Shown here piece by piece: positions 39,332 through 49,600 of a DNA stretch of 59,211 nucleotides. Below the pieces are notes generated by a model. That model was not told the DNA's origin. It saw only the letters and a program-made list of their open reading frames with translations, and did no database searches. The stretch spans positions 1 through 59,211 of the forward strand of contig JBHIFI010000003.1 in the NCBI GenBank assembly GCA_046761005.1, in the 5' to 3' direction. The DNA comes from Thermoplasmata archaeon (lineage in GTDB: Archaea; Thermoplasmatota; Thermoplasmata; RBG-16-68-12; JAGMCJ01). Made by a program: the position numbers and the translations under genes. Within the stretch, counting starts at the first letter, position 1. Each line of letters opens with the position of its first letter.

Positions 39332-40987
39332 TTGCTCGCAAAGGACCAGATGTGGAAGCCCTTTTTTAGCTCCTTTTGGATTCTGGGCGATCCTCCTGAA
39401 CATCTCGAGGAAACTGCCAGTTACTCGGTCGGAGAATCCCATGTCCATATATATCGCATGGAAAACTCTTCCGACTTCCTGTATTGGCTTTCCCCTCCTT
39501 CATTCGAGATAAGGGAGGAGGAACTCTCGCTGTTATGGAGGGTAATTGATGAGATATGGTCCGTTCCACCCAGAACCCTTGACCTGGGGAACTTCGTGCA
39601 GGTTAGACGCTACGTTAGGAATCGGGCAAACGACTTGATAGCGCTTCGTCTGCCGAGGACTATGAGGAAGGCCGAGCGGTTGCTCAGGTCACGCTTCCTG
39701 GCCGGAATCCTTGAGAGAAATGCCGTCGGGCTAGGTGCATTAGAAATCCTGCTCTCTGATTTCAATGTTCAGGACATCTTCCTAGATGCACCGTGCGAGA
39801 GTATTCCCATTCATCTTACTGTTGCCGATGCTGGGGGAGATAGATTTCACCAAAGATGTGTTTCGAATATTCTCATGGACGAAGGATCACTACGGAACAT
39901 CATATCCAAACTTCTTCTCATGAGCAAGAGATCGTTCTCGGAGAGGAATCCAGTTTTAGAGATGGATCTGGGTGAGATGAATGCTAGGTTGACGGCAGTG
40001 CGTCCCCCGCTCAGCCCGGATGGAATTGCCCTTGCTCTTCGTAGGCACTCAACGGATCCATGGACCCTCACCAAGCTAATCTACCACAGAAGTTTGACGC
40101 CTCTTGCTGCGGGTCTCATATCGTTCCTTATAGACGGCAATGCAACAATGCTCGTTACGGGCAGTCGCGGAGCGGGGAAATCCTCTCTTCTAGGGGCGAT
40201 GATGTTTGAATTCCCGATCAGCCAGAGAATACTCACCATAGAGGATACTCTCGAGCTTCCCTGCCCAGAGCTTCGCCAGCTCGGGTATAAAGTTCAGAGT
40301 CTTTACGTAGGGTCCGAGTCCTCGTCTGAAGGTGATATGACAGCCGAGGAAGCTCTCAGAGTTTCACTTCGCTTGGGCGAGTCGGCCATAATCCTCGGAG
40401 AGGTGAGGGGCAAGGAGGCAAGAACGCTGTATGAGGCAATGCGAGTCGGAACTGCAGGCTCGGCCGTTCTGGGAACGATACACGGAAGCTCTTCTAGGAG
40501 CGTATATGAGCGCGTTGTCCACGATCTTGGCATTCCTCCGCAATCCTTCTCCGCCACGGATGTTGTCGTCGTCGCGGGCCTTTTGAGACCGCGAGGCACT
40601 CAGAGCCCTAGGCGAAGAATAATCGAGATATCCGAGCTCTGCAAGGAATCCTATGATGGTAGGTTTCTCCAACTGATGAGATACAGTATCTCACAGGACA
40701 CGCTCGTTGAGACCGAGGCCTTTCTTTCCGATTCCAGAAAGATTCGAGAGATAGCGAATTCCTGGGGAATGAGTTACGAGGAAGCAATCGCCAACATAAA
40801 CATGAGGGCTGAGTGCAAGCGTCACATAGCCGATCTCGCAAGGGAATTTGGAAGAAAGCTGCTCTCGGCAAGGTTCCTATCATTGGCCAATTCTGCCTTC
40901 TCGTCCCTGATTGAGAAGGGCTACTCTGAAGAAGAACTCTTGAGACGATGGAAGAACTGGATAGATGTGAGGGCGGGGTATGCCTAG
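39332..40987 (+). CDS. Type II/IV secretion-family ATPase (ArlI/PilB/VirB11-like)
   Basis: Walker A GSRGAGKSS, Asp box ILTIEDTLEL, Walker B AIILGEVRGKEA, His box GTIHG. The start is either TTG 39332 or ATG 39350. Confidence 0.9.
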   Translation: MLAKDQMWKPFFSSFWILGDPPEHLEETASYSVGESHVHIYRMENSSDFLYWLSPPSFEIREEELSLLWRVIDEIWSVPPRTLDLGNFVQVRRYVRNRANDLIALRLPRTMRKAERLLRSRFLAGILERNAVGLGALEILLSDFNVQDIFLDAPCESIPIHLTVADAGGDRFHQRCVSNILMDEGSLRNIISKLLLMSKRSFSERNPVLEMDLGEMNARLTAVRPPLSPDGIALALRRHSTDPWTLTKLIYHRSLTPLAAGLISFLIDGNATMLVTGSRGAGKSSLLGAMMFEFPISQRILTIEDTLELPCPELRQLGYKVQSLYVGSESSSEGDMTAEEALRVSLRLGESAIILGEVRGKEARTLYEAMRVGTAGSAVLGTIHGSSSRSVYERVVHDLGIPPQSFSATDVVVVAGLLRPRGTQSPRRRIIEISELCKESYDGRFLQLMRYSISQDTLVETEAFLSDSRKIREIANSWGMSYEEAIANINMRAECKRHIADLAREFGRKLLSARFLSLANSAFSSLIEKGYSEEELLRRWKNWIDVRAGYA

Positions 40988-42836
40988 GAATGGGATTGCC
41001 TTCACGAGATTCTGTAGACTCGCTCATTCCATACTCGGACCTCTACGGTGCAAGACGAAGTCAAGAAGAAGAGAGATTGCAGACATGGGAACGGGGTCAA
41101 GTGCGAAAACACGCTTCGCTTCCATTCTCGGAAGATCTCAAAACACGTTGGGTGTGGATAGGAAATCGCTTGAAGATAATATCTCATTTGCGGGACTCGG
41201 GTTGAAACCCGAAGAGGTGATTTCAGGAGGACGCCTTGCTCTGTTGCTCTCCCTCCCCTCTATTCTTGTCATCCCATTCGCTCATTCTCATCCCATCTCT
41301 CTTATTTTCGCGGTCATCATCCCTCCAATTGCTCAGAGGACAGTTGTTTCCTATCCAGCGGCCCTTGCTTCGAGGGTGGAGAAGTCATCTTTCAGGGAGG
41401 CCCCAGAAGTGACGAGTTATCTGATTGGAGGGGCGGGGGAGGCACTGTCCCATGAGAACGCAGTTCTCACTGCTGCAAAGAACTCTAGAGGAATGCTCAG
41501 GCCAGGTTTTCAGCGGATGGTATGGCTCGTCTACACTAAGGGAAGAAGCCTCCCAGAAGAATTTAGGAAATATGCTCATAAATGGAGGAGCAGAAATGAG
41601 GGGTTTGGAGAGACGCTGATGCGATTATCTGGAGCAGTAGAAGAGAAGGGTGGGGAAGATTTAGCCTCCTTGCTCATGCCCCTTCACATCTATACGAAAA
41701 GTAAGTTGAAGGGATTTCTCTCCTCTCTCAGGGCTCCTATCAATGTCGTTTTTGCACTAGGGATAATCCTTCCCGTCATGATTGCATCCATCTTGCCGAT
41801 GTCCTCGCTGGCGGTTGCAAGTCCCACGGATTTCTCCAACAAGAATATCACACAAATCCAGGGTAACACCCCCCATCCTGCTCTGATTGCTGTCATCCTC
41901 GATATCATATTCCCGGTCGCCATGTTCCTTTACTGCAGAGAGGTGCTTTCCAGGCGACCATTCTCTTTTCTGCACACCCGCCCACTCAGGCTCACAGATT
42001 TCTCGATCCCTATCATCGCTCTCCTGCTCTCGATTATCATCTTCTCTGTTGGGATAGTCTTTTGGCTTCAGCACAAAGTCCCTCAGATTTCCCTCATGAT
42101 ACTCGCTTTCACATCAATGACGATGGCTTTTTCCTTATTCTTTGTGGGAAGATCGAGGTCCGATATCAAATCGCGAAAGCTTTCAGAGGAGTTCCCGGAC
42201 GTGCTGGAGCGTCTAGGCAACTTCCTCTCGGCGGGTGAGTCCCTAGAAATCGCCGTACTCAAGACTGCGAAAAAGATGGAGGGAACAGAGACAGCAAGGA
42301 GATTTTCCAATGCCCTCTTTCTGCTATCGAGGGGAGAATTCGATATTGGAGACATCTTGACTCGCGATACCGCGATGAAACAGGAATCGAGTGTGGTGGC
42401 GAATCTGAGGATGATTGTCGACATTGCTGAGAAGGATATAGCATTAGCTGGAAACATAGCGAAGCGCATAGCTTCCAATATGAAGGAAGTTTCGAGGATT
42501 GAAAGGGACGCGAAGGATGATATCAAGCCCATCGTTCAGACAGTGAGTAACACAATCACTTTTTTCTCCCCCCTCGTACTCGGCGTTACCGCCTCCATAT
42601 TCCTGCTCATGGAAACCTACTTCTCTGAGTCCAGTGGAATTACATCTTTTTGTTTCATCCTCATTTTGGGTGTACTTCTGTACTGCAACTTGGCGGTGGC
42701 AAGCTATTTCACAGAAGGCCTTCAGACCGGGGATTCTCACGAATTGCTCAAGGTGATCGGAAAAGGAATCCTTCTATCGACGCTCATCTTCTCGCTCTCC
42801 TTCCTGGCATCTTCTTTTCTCTTTGGCGTCCTTTGA
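40980..42836 (+). CDS. Polytopic membrane platform protein (ArlJ/TadC/PilC-like, T2SS-F type)
   Basis: 618 aa with alternating cytoplasmic helical domains and TM clusters, in two repeats. 8-nt overlap with the ATPase gene; canonical ATPase-platform pairing. Confidence 0.8.
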   Translation: MPRNGIAFTRFCRLAHSILGPLRCKTKSRRREIADMGTGSSAKTRFASILGRSQNTLGVDRKSLEDNISFAGLGLKPEEVISGGRLALLLSLPSILVIPFAHSHPISLIFAVIIPPIAQRTVVSYPAALASRVEKSSFREAPEVTSYLIGGAGEALSHENAVLTAAKNSRGMLRPGFQRMVWLVYTKGRSLPEEFRKYAHKWRSRNEGFGETLMRLSGAVEEKGGEDLASLLMPLHIYTKSKLKGFLSSLRAPINVVFALGIILPVMIASILPMSSLAVASPTDFSNKNITQIQGNTPHPALIAVILDIIFPVAMFLYCREVLSRRPFSFLHTRPLRLTDFSIPIIALLLSIIIFSVGIVFWLQHKVPQISLMILAFTSMTMAFSLFFVGRSRSDIKSRKLSEEFPDVLERLGNFLSAGESLEIAVLKTAKKMEGTETARRFSNALFLLSRGEFDIGDILTRDTAMKQESSVVANLRMIVDIAEKDIALAGNIAKRIASNMKEVSRIERDAKDDIKPIVQTVSNTITFFSPLVLGVTASIFLLMETYFSESSGITSFCFILILGVLLYCNLAVASYFTEGLQTGDSHELLKVIGKGILLSTLIFSLSFLASSFLFGVL

Positions 42837-42936
42837 TTTCTGAAATCACGAATACATTCAAAGGACCACGATCGTAGACCCTCCGATTTGTATTCGATCT
42901 TCAAGTAGCAGTTTAGAGGATGTCCTTGGCGCGTGC

Positions 42937-45900
42937 TCACAAGATCCAGAAAGTATGAGCGGGCACCTTTATCCAATAGCCTTCTCCGGGAGCCATGTAC
43001 GTTGTTCCAGAGAGACTATACAAGAAGTAAGGAGGCGCGGCGACGTTGAAGGCCTCCACCCGCTCGGCACCTGTCTGCGCACTGAGATCGTTGACCGTAT
43101 AATCATAATACATGTGAGGGAATCCGACCAGGTTCCATCCTTCCTTGAGGTGGATGCTCATGCCTCTCGGGACAACTCCCGCGTGCGTCACAGGCTCTGG
43201 GGATGTCACATTCACCCATATAGCCATTGTCTGGTTGATAGTGGGAAGGTCATTCCAGTTCTTCCATCTGTGATACTCCTTCCAGTGGTCGGAATCATCC
43301 CATGCATCGTAGTATCTCATCACGTCCCAGCTTACTGTTTTCAATGCATACTCTATGCTCTCATTCACCATCTTGAGTGGGAAGGAAAGGAGCACAGGGC
43401 CCGCTGGAGTCCATCTCGTGAACTTCGCGACCTGGTCCTCGGCCCTCGCAGGCAGGCCAGCACTGTAGTTCGCCTGAATGACGTAGTAGATGTTCATCGG
43501 GTTGCCGTGGCCAGCCAAATAGTGGTCGAAGAAGTTCAGGCCGCTTGGAACGGTTGCCAAGAGCTGGTATCCGGTGCCATCGGGGTCATATGCCAGCGTG
43601 CTGTAGTAAATGGCATAGTGATCAACCAGGCCTGGATCATCGACCGATAGCTCCCACTCAATGTGAACATGGTCGTAGTCAGGTCCAAACAACCAGGCTC
43701 TCGGGTTCGTTGGCGGTTCGGGAGACAGCTTGAGAGTTTGGAACTGCCAGTGCAAACCACCATTGGAGTCCTTGGTAGTGTGACCATAAGGATCCGAGGA
43801 TTCAACATCGAATTTGTAGATGGTCTCAGGCTTGAGGTTTGTCAGCAGGACATCATGCTCCAAACGGTACCCGCTCACATACTCCTCCAGATCAAGCGGA
43901 TCACTCTCATTGTAGTACACCTTGGAATCCGTGGCCTCGTTGGTTCTCCATATCACGTTTGCCGAGGTGGAAGTTATGTTCATAACGAAGATGTTGAAGA
44001 TTAGCGGGTATGTCGCATCGATCGTCGCAGTGTCCGTGGACGTGTGAGGCGGGTCGTCGTCAATATACTGAACAGTCACCAGGTCTCCATGGGAGACTTG
44101 AAGCTCCCCATCCGTAGTCGGTGGTCCCTGAGATGTATTAATGTAACCGACCCATCTTCCCGAGCCTGGCGAGGTTTCATTCAAGCTAATGAGTTCGGGG
44201 GTGGGTTCCGTCGTGCTCCACATAGTGACATCAACAGTGGATGGTCCAGTGTCCCTCACACTTATCCCTATAGTGTCGTTTTCCCCATAGACGCTCTGAT
44301 CGAGAAAAACCTGACCCCATCCCGTGCCGAGGTCCCCGAGGGTCACAAGAGCATACGGTTGGGGCCCGTTAGGAGCATTGGCAGCCGTCACTCTCACGCT
44401 CCACGCTCCCACCATTGGGCTCTCTATGTGGGCTCCCTCGAGCACGTTGAGCCTATCGTAACTGCCTGTGTTGGGAAGAGACTCTCCCTGAGCCATCGTT
44501 CCAAAGACATTTCCTTTGTAGGTGTTTCCCAGCGGGTCGGTCACGAGTAAATCCAAATCATTTGCGATGTTCGGAGAGGTCCAAGCTACTCCTGGATAGT
44601 CCGTCCATGCGAGAATTATTCTCAGCGGTTCGGAGGAGTCGAGTACGTAGTATGACTCCATGTTGAACTCACCCGTGTTCAGGCCTATTCTATCATCGAA
44701 CAACTCAAGGCGTCTCGTGTCTCCCGCGAAATAAAGGGCATCATCCAGGAGAACTCTTCCCCAACCCTGTGAGTTGTTCGGCCAAGTGTCCTCATTCTTG
44801 CTATCGGAGTTCTGGCCTTGCATTTGCCTCGCACTCGCAGTGAGCATCGCTTTGACAAGAGCGGCTGAAGGCTCGAATCCATCCAAGGGGACCTTTGTCC
44901 CCGAGGGCCACCAACCCTCCATGAAATACTGGCGGGTCATAGCTGCAAGGGAGGCGTGATCAGGGGCAGAATAACTCGTGCCTCCCCATGAACCCTCCCA
45001 AGCTGTGTTGATATTGTCTCTTGGATTTCCAGACGACATGGAGGATATGCCCTCCCCGACTGCTATCACAGTCGGTTTCCTCCTTCCATCAGATGTGGGT
45101 CCTGTGCTACTGTAACCAGCCACGCTATCCTGAATCGGAGAGGTTCTTCCCGATCCTGAGGAAAGGACATTCTTGGCAGTAGCGGGGCTTGCCATGTTGG
45201 TACGTCCCCCGTTTCCGTTTGAGAAGATTATGAGCATATCTGGATGGTTCCACATGAACTCGTCAACCATCTGAGCTCCCATGGTGTAGACAGTAGTGTA
45301 GGATCCCCACGAGTTAGAGTGTATCCTAGCTCCCGCGTCGTACGCGGGCCCGAAAAGATCGTCATAGTCCGCGGGTATGTACTTCAGGCTGTCTATCCTC
45401 ACTCCCGACAGCCATCGTATCCCTCCTATGTCCTGGAAGAATATCTTTGCGCCTTTGGCCCCCCCGTCATTACTGCTAGTGGCAATCGGGTCATCATTTC
45501 CTCCGAAGGTTCCTGTAACCATTGTCCCGTGACCAGATGTCCACCATCCGCTATCGGGGTCCTGACGGTTTGGAGTGTCCTTCCATGACCACTCATCACT
45601 AGGGTCACCATGGACATAATAGCGCACCAGTTTCCTTCGTGTCATATCAGTTGCGTTATAGATATCTCCATTCTGGATGGTGATAGCATCCTCTCGGAAG
45701 AGGTTATGATCGAAGTCTATTCCCGTGTCAGAGAATCCAACGAGCTGCCTTTCTCCCCGAATTCCCATATCCCATATGCGTCTGTTCTCATTGATATTCG
45801 TCTGCATTATCCATTGCATTCTGCTGTTATGGATATAGAAAACCTCGCGCGGTTGAATGAAGTTGACATCGACGAGATTCGCAACCCTAACGAGCTGATC

Positions 45901-46608
45901 ATGATCTATGCGGGCATCCACTCTGCCGAAGTCCTTACCCTTGTAGGAGAAGAGTATGGACTCTTCTGGAAGTATGTCGAGAACGGTGTCGACTCCCTCT
46001 GGATAAAAAGTGATTACCTCCGCCTCGAATGTCCCCGTTTCCGAGACGAGTTCAGGGCTGACCTTATACGCGGGGTGAAAGACTCCGACCCACTGCACCG
46101 CCTGCACTCTCCCGAGGGCCGCTCTCATCCCAGGATCGATTCTGACAAGGAAAGCATTGAAAGGCACGTAGTTCACGATTTCAGCGCCCGCCTGAGAGAG
46201 GGACTCCTTCCACTCCCTTCTCACAGGCCCTCGAAACTGAACTATATAGTAGCCAACAGCACCTTCTGAATAGTCTGATATTCTGAGCTCATCAGGAATT
46301 GAAGGCTCTCCTTTTCTAGTATCGAACGAAAAACCGCGAATGCCTATGAGGTAAAGCTCCTCCGTTTGTATGTCAAAACCCTGAGCGGTGAGTTCAGCTA
46401 TCTCGTCCTCCGTAAGGCTTGCCAAGACGAAGCCTTCGTACTCCTCAGTAATGCGGTAGGAAGAAAGTGTTTCGGCCTGCTGCGGTGAGGATATGGAGAT
46501 TCTGACATCCAGTACATCTCCTCTCGTCGAACTATTCTCAATCGGAATGATGGTAATAAGAAAGACAAGGGGGAGCAAGACTGCCAGGATTCTGCCTTTT
46601 CTTGTCAT
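42937..46608 (-). CDS. Secreted multidomain S8 subtilisin-like serine protease (1223 aa)
   Basis: Signal-like N-terminus and an I9-like propeptide (YIVQFRGPV..NAFLV). Triad context FSDTGIDFDH / SGHGTMVTG / GGTSYSAP, with oxyanion HSNSWG. An Fn3/PAP-N-like domain (ANVIWRTNEATDSKVYY). No TM anchor. Confidence 0.9.
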   Translation of the reverse strand: MTRKGRILAVLLPLVFLITIIPIENSSTRGDVLDVRISISSPQQAETLSSYRITEEYEGFVLASLTEDEIAELTAQGFDIQTEELYLIGIRGFSFDTRKGEPSIPDELRISDYSEGAVGYYIVQFRGPVRREWKESLSQAGAEIVNYVPFNAFLVRIDPGMRAALGRVQAVQWVGVFHPAYKVSPELVSETGTFEAEVITFYPEGVDTVLDILPEESILFSYKGKDFGRVDARIDHDQLVRVANLVDVNFIQPREVFYIHNSRMQWIMQTNINENRRIWDMGIRGERQLVGFSDTGIDFDHNLFREDAITIQNGDIYNATDMTRRKLVRYYVHGDPSDEWSWKDTPNRQDPDSGWWTSGHGTMVTGTFGGNDDPIATSSNDGGAKGAKIFFQDIGGIRWLSGVRIDSLKYIPADYDDLFGPAYDAGARIHSNSWGSYTTVYTMGAQMVDEFMWNHPDMLIIFSNGNGGRTNMASPATAKNVLSSGSGRTSPIQDSVAGYSSTGPTSDGRRKPTVIAVGEGISSMSSGNPRDNINTAWEGSWGGTSYSAPDHASLAAMTRQYFMEGWWPSGTKVPLDGFEPSAALVKAMLTASARQMQGQNSDSKNEDTWPNNSQGWGRVLLDDALYFAGDTRRLELFDDRIGLNTGEFNMESYYVLDSSEPLRIILAWTDYPGVAWTSPNIANDLDLLVTDPLGNTYKGNVFGTMAQGESLPNTGSYDRLNVLEGAHIESPMVGAWSVRVTAANAPNGPQPYALVTLGDLGTGWGQVFLDQSVYGENDTIGISVRDTGPSTVDVTMWSTTEPTPELISLNETSPGSGRWVGYINTSQGPPTTDGELQVSHGDLVTVQYIDDDPPHTSTDTATIDATYPLIFNIFVMNITSTSANVIWRTNEATDSKVYYNESDPLDLEEYVSGYRLEHDVLLTNLKPETIYKFDVESSDPYGHTTKDSNGGLHWQFQTLKLSPEPPTNPRAWLFGPDYDHVHIEWELSVDDPGLVDHYAIYYSTLAYDPDGTGYQLLATVPSGLNFFDHYLAGHGNPMNIYYVIQANYSAGLPARAEDQVAKFTRWTPAGPVLLSFPLKMVNESIEYALKTVSWDVMRYYDAWDDSDHWKEYHRWKNWNDLPTINQTMAIWVNVTSPEPVTHAGVVPRGMSIHLKEGWNLVGFPHMYYDYTVNDLSAQTGAERVEAFNVAAPPYFLYSLSGTTYMAPGEGYWIKVPAHTFWIL

Positions 46609-46652
46609 GGGTCTCCACTTAGTGTTCAGCTAAGCTTCCTATGAAAGGTTGC

Positions 46653-49600
46653 CTAGGTATAGACGGTCCAGAGATAATTGGCATTTCCGATCCAGTAGGC
46701 TTCCCCCGCAGTTAGTACAAACGAATCCGGTAGTTCCTGGAGGAAGTAGGGTGCTAATGCAGAATACCCCTCGACCTTAGCTGCTCCTGAACTCGCCTTC
46801 AGCTCTCCGACAGTCATTGACCCAGTCAGCGAAGGATAGCCCACGAGTGTCCAAGGTTTTGAGAGAGTAATGTCCACCTGAGACTGCACCCAGCCAGCAA
46901 CAACGAAATCGCCTGCTTGGACCACATCTACCCAGTAGCCCCTGTCCAAAGAGATTGTAGTAAGGACTCCCTTGTATGGCTTGAAATCCATATAGCTCTG
47001 CCACTTACCAGAATCTGAGTCGTATGTCCACACTTTGTCGAATTGCAGCGTTTGGAATACAGATGCCACAGTTCCGTTGGATGGAGTAATCGGGATGGAG
47101 ATGAGTTGTACGCCTGCAGAAAGGGACCTCACGAATTTCCCAGCCTGTTGCGAGGCCCTACTCGCATCTCCACCAGTACTGTTGGAGTAGATCGCATAAT
47201 AGATGGAACCTCCAAGCCCGGCTCCAGAGTCAACATAGATTTCTGTCTGATTGGGCACGGTCGTGAGGAAGGCGTAACTCGCTGCGGTTGGGTCGTAGCT
47301 ACTTCCGTAGTATATGGAGTAATGATCCACATCGAGCGGGTCATCTGGTGAGAGGGTCCAAGTCAGCGTTATGTCTTCGTAACTCGGTCCTGTCAGGGCC
47401 GCCATGAAGTCCGAGGGAGGCTGGACTATCTTGCCAAGAACCTCAAAGCATCTCGATGAATAGAGTCCCCAATTGTTCGCTGAGTCCTGTCCATGAACAA
47501 AGACACACCGCGTTCCAGGGGACCAGTCTGCGGAACCAGTCCATGTGACCTCCTCAGTGGGCGTATCAAAGACATCAACTGGGTTCATCGGAGTTCCTGT
47601 TCCGTTTTGTCCAGGAGCATCGATGAAGAACTCTGCCGCCTGAATCGTAGAGTTCCCAAAGTTCGTATCATCCACGATGGCTGTGAAAGTAACAGTCAGA
47701 GATCTTTCAACCGGATTTGGTGTCGAACCCACGCTTCCAGGAATAGTGATGGGACCCTCACTATCTCCTCCCGGTCTCAGAATGGTGAATGGGTCATCCG
47801 AGATATCCGAACCATTGAGCATGGGATAGGGAATTCCATCATCCTGAACCACAACTTTCACGCGGTAGTTTATTCCATTCTGCAGAGTGCTGATGTCCCA
47901 GTTGTAGGTCGTATCTCCTACTGCCGGGTCAGGGAAGATTCTAATCCACGATTGTCCATCATCTGGGCTATAGAAGAGGGCTTGACCGTTGATACCTGTC
48001 GAATATACCTGGCGACTCCACTGTATCTGAATGGTATCTCCAGTGTAGATCTCTCCGCCATTCGGTGAGATGACCTGAACATCTGGGTGGTCGTGTCCTA
48101 TCAGCCAGACTATCGTCTTGTTTATGACGGAACCCCTCGCAGCACTATCAACTATCCCCGTGACCTCGAAGAAGTAGGCCACCAACTTTGAGGGCATGCC
48201 TCCCCAGACCTTTCCAGGTCCTGCTGTTCCATTTGCAGCAGAGGAAATCCATTTGACTGCGATTGGAGCTTCATTTGCATCGCCATCGTAGTCCCTCCAG
48301 ACATAGGAGGGCGTTCCCCCGTAGCTTTGCGCGATAACCTCATCTCCACGGTCACCACCACCCCATGGCCTGTGCCCTTGGTAGTCCAACCGGCTAGTAC
48401 CGAAATATTCGTTGCTTATGGGGTCTCCTATAATCCCTTCCACGGAGTCGAAGAACCGAGGATCTGCATCCCAGTCCGACTTCAATGTCGAGTTCACCCA
48501 TTGGCCTGTCTGAACGGTCGCATAGTCCGAGCCTGAATCCTTTGCAAAAGCCCACGCAACATCATGCGAGGAGATGAAGAATCTTCCTCCTTCGTCGATA
48601 TAATTCGTGATCAGGGTCATATCCTCAGGTTCAAAGGGCGGATATTCCTCTAAACCAGTCTGCCACATAACCACCTTGTACCCCTGCAAGAACGAGAGGC
48701 CCGGAATTCCGCTTCTTTCAACAAACCATTCATTGTTTGACCATCCAAACATCTCGAAGGCATTCTTGTATCTGTCCAACCTCTCATATGTGAAGGTCTC
48801 GTGACCAATAACGAGGAGAATCTCTCCCTTCTCTGTGGTGTGGAAGCTGTAATGTTGCCCACCATTATCGTCACGTGTCGTATGACCAAACCTGTCTGTC
48901 GATTCAACATCGAAATAATACTTTGTTCCCGTCGTAAGATTGGTAAGGTCTACTGAGTGTGAGACGAAATATCCGCCCGGTTTCTTGGTCTCGCTGTTAC
49001 TGAGGGAAATCGGGTTGGTATCATAGTATACCTTTGATGTAGCCGATTCATCCGTATTCCAGATTACTGTTGCCGCTGCATTCGTTATTCTTGTCGCTCT
49101 CACATCCGTTATCATCGGAGGCGCACCGTCTATTACTGCCGTCTTCTGGATTGCTCTCTGCGGAGGTGTGACATCAACGTATTCAACTGTGACGGTATCA
49201 TCATCACTCACCTGAAGAATACCATCCGTGACGGGGATTCCATATGAGGTGTCGATCGAGCCCTCATAGACCCCTGCTCCAGTTCCAGTCAAGGTGACGG
49301 TTTCAGGGGTGATCTCTGTATCGCTTGTCACTTCAACCGTCAGCGAAGGACCAGCATCCGTGTCTTCCACCCTTATTCTTATGGTATCAGAATCTCCATA
49401 TATCGTCTTGTCCAGGAAAAGCTGACCGTAGCCTGGATCGATCGCACCGAGTATTGACAGCGCGAAAGGTTGAGGACCTGAGGGAATGTTTGTTCCTGTC
49501 ACCCTCACCCTCCAGAAGCCGATGTCAGGAGCCAATACCAAGACCCCTTCCACAGGATTGTCAGTATCATAGGAACCAGCCCCCCATTTCGATTCTACTA

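Noticed and set aside
37612-42836. Interpretation of the filament module as an archaellum (arl/fla) operon.
   Set aside because: There are no archaellin genes and no ArlC/D/E or ArlX. The gene order is divergent rather than arlF-G-H-I-J, and the KaiC-like gene is 9 kb away behind the subtilases.
42837-42936. Inverted repeat GAATACA...TGTATTC between the convergent platform and subtilase genes, as a bidirectional terminator.
   Set aside because: It has only a 7-bp stem with a ~31-nt loop and no adjoining T-run. That is too weak to call.
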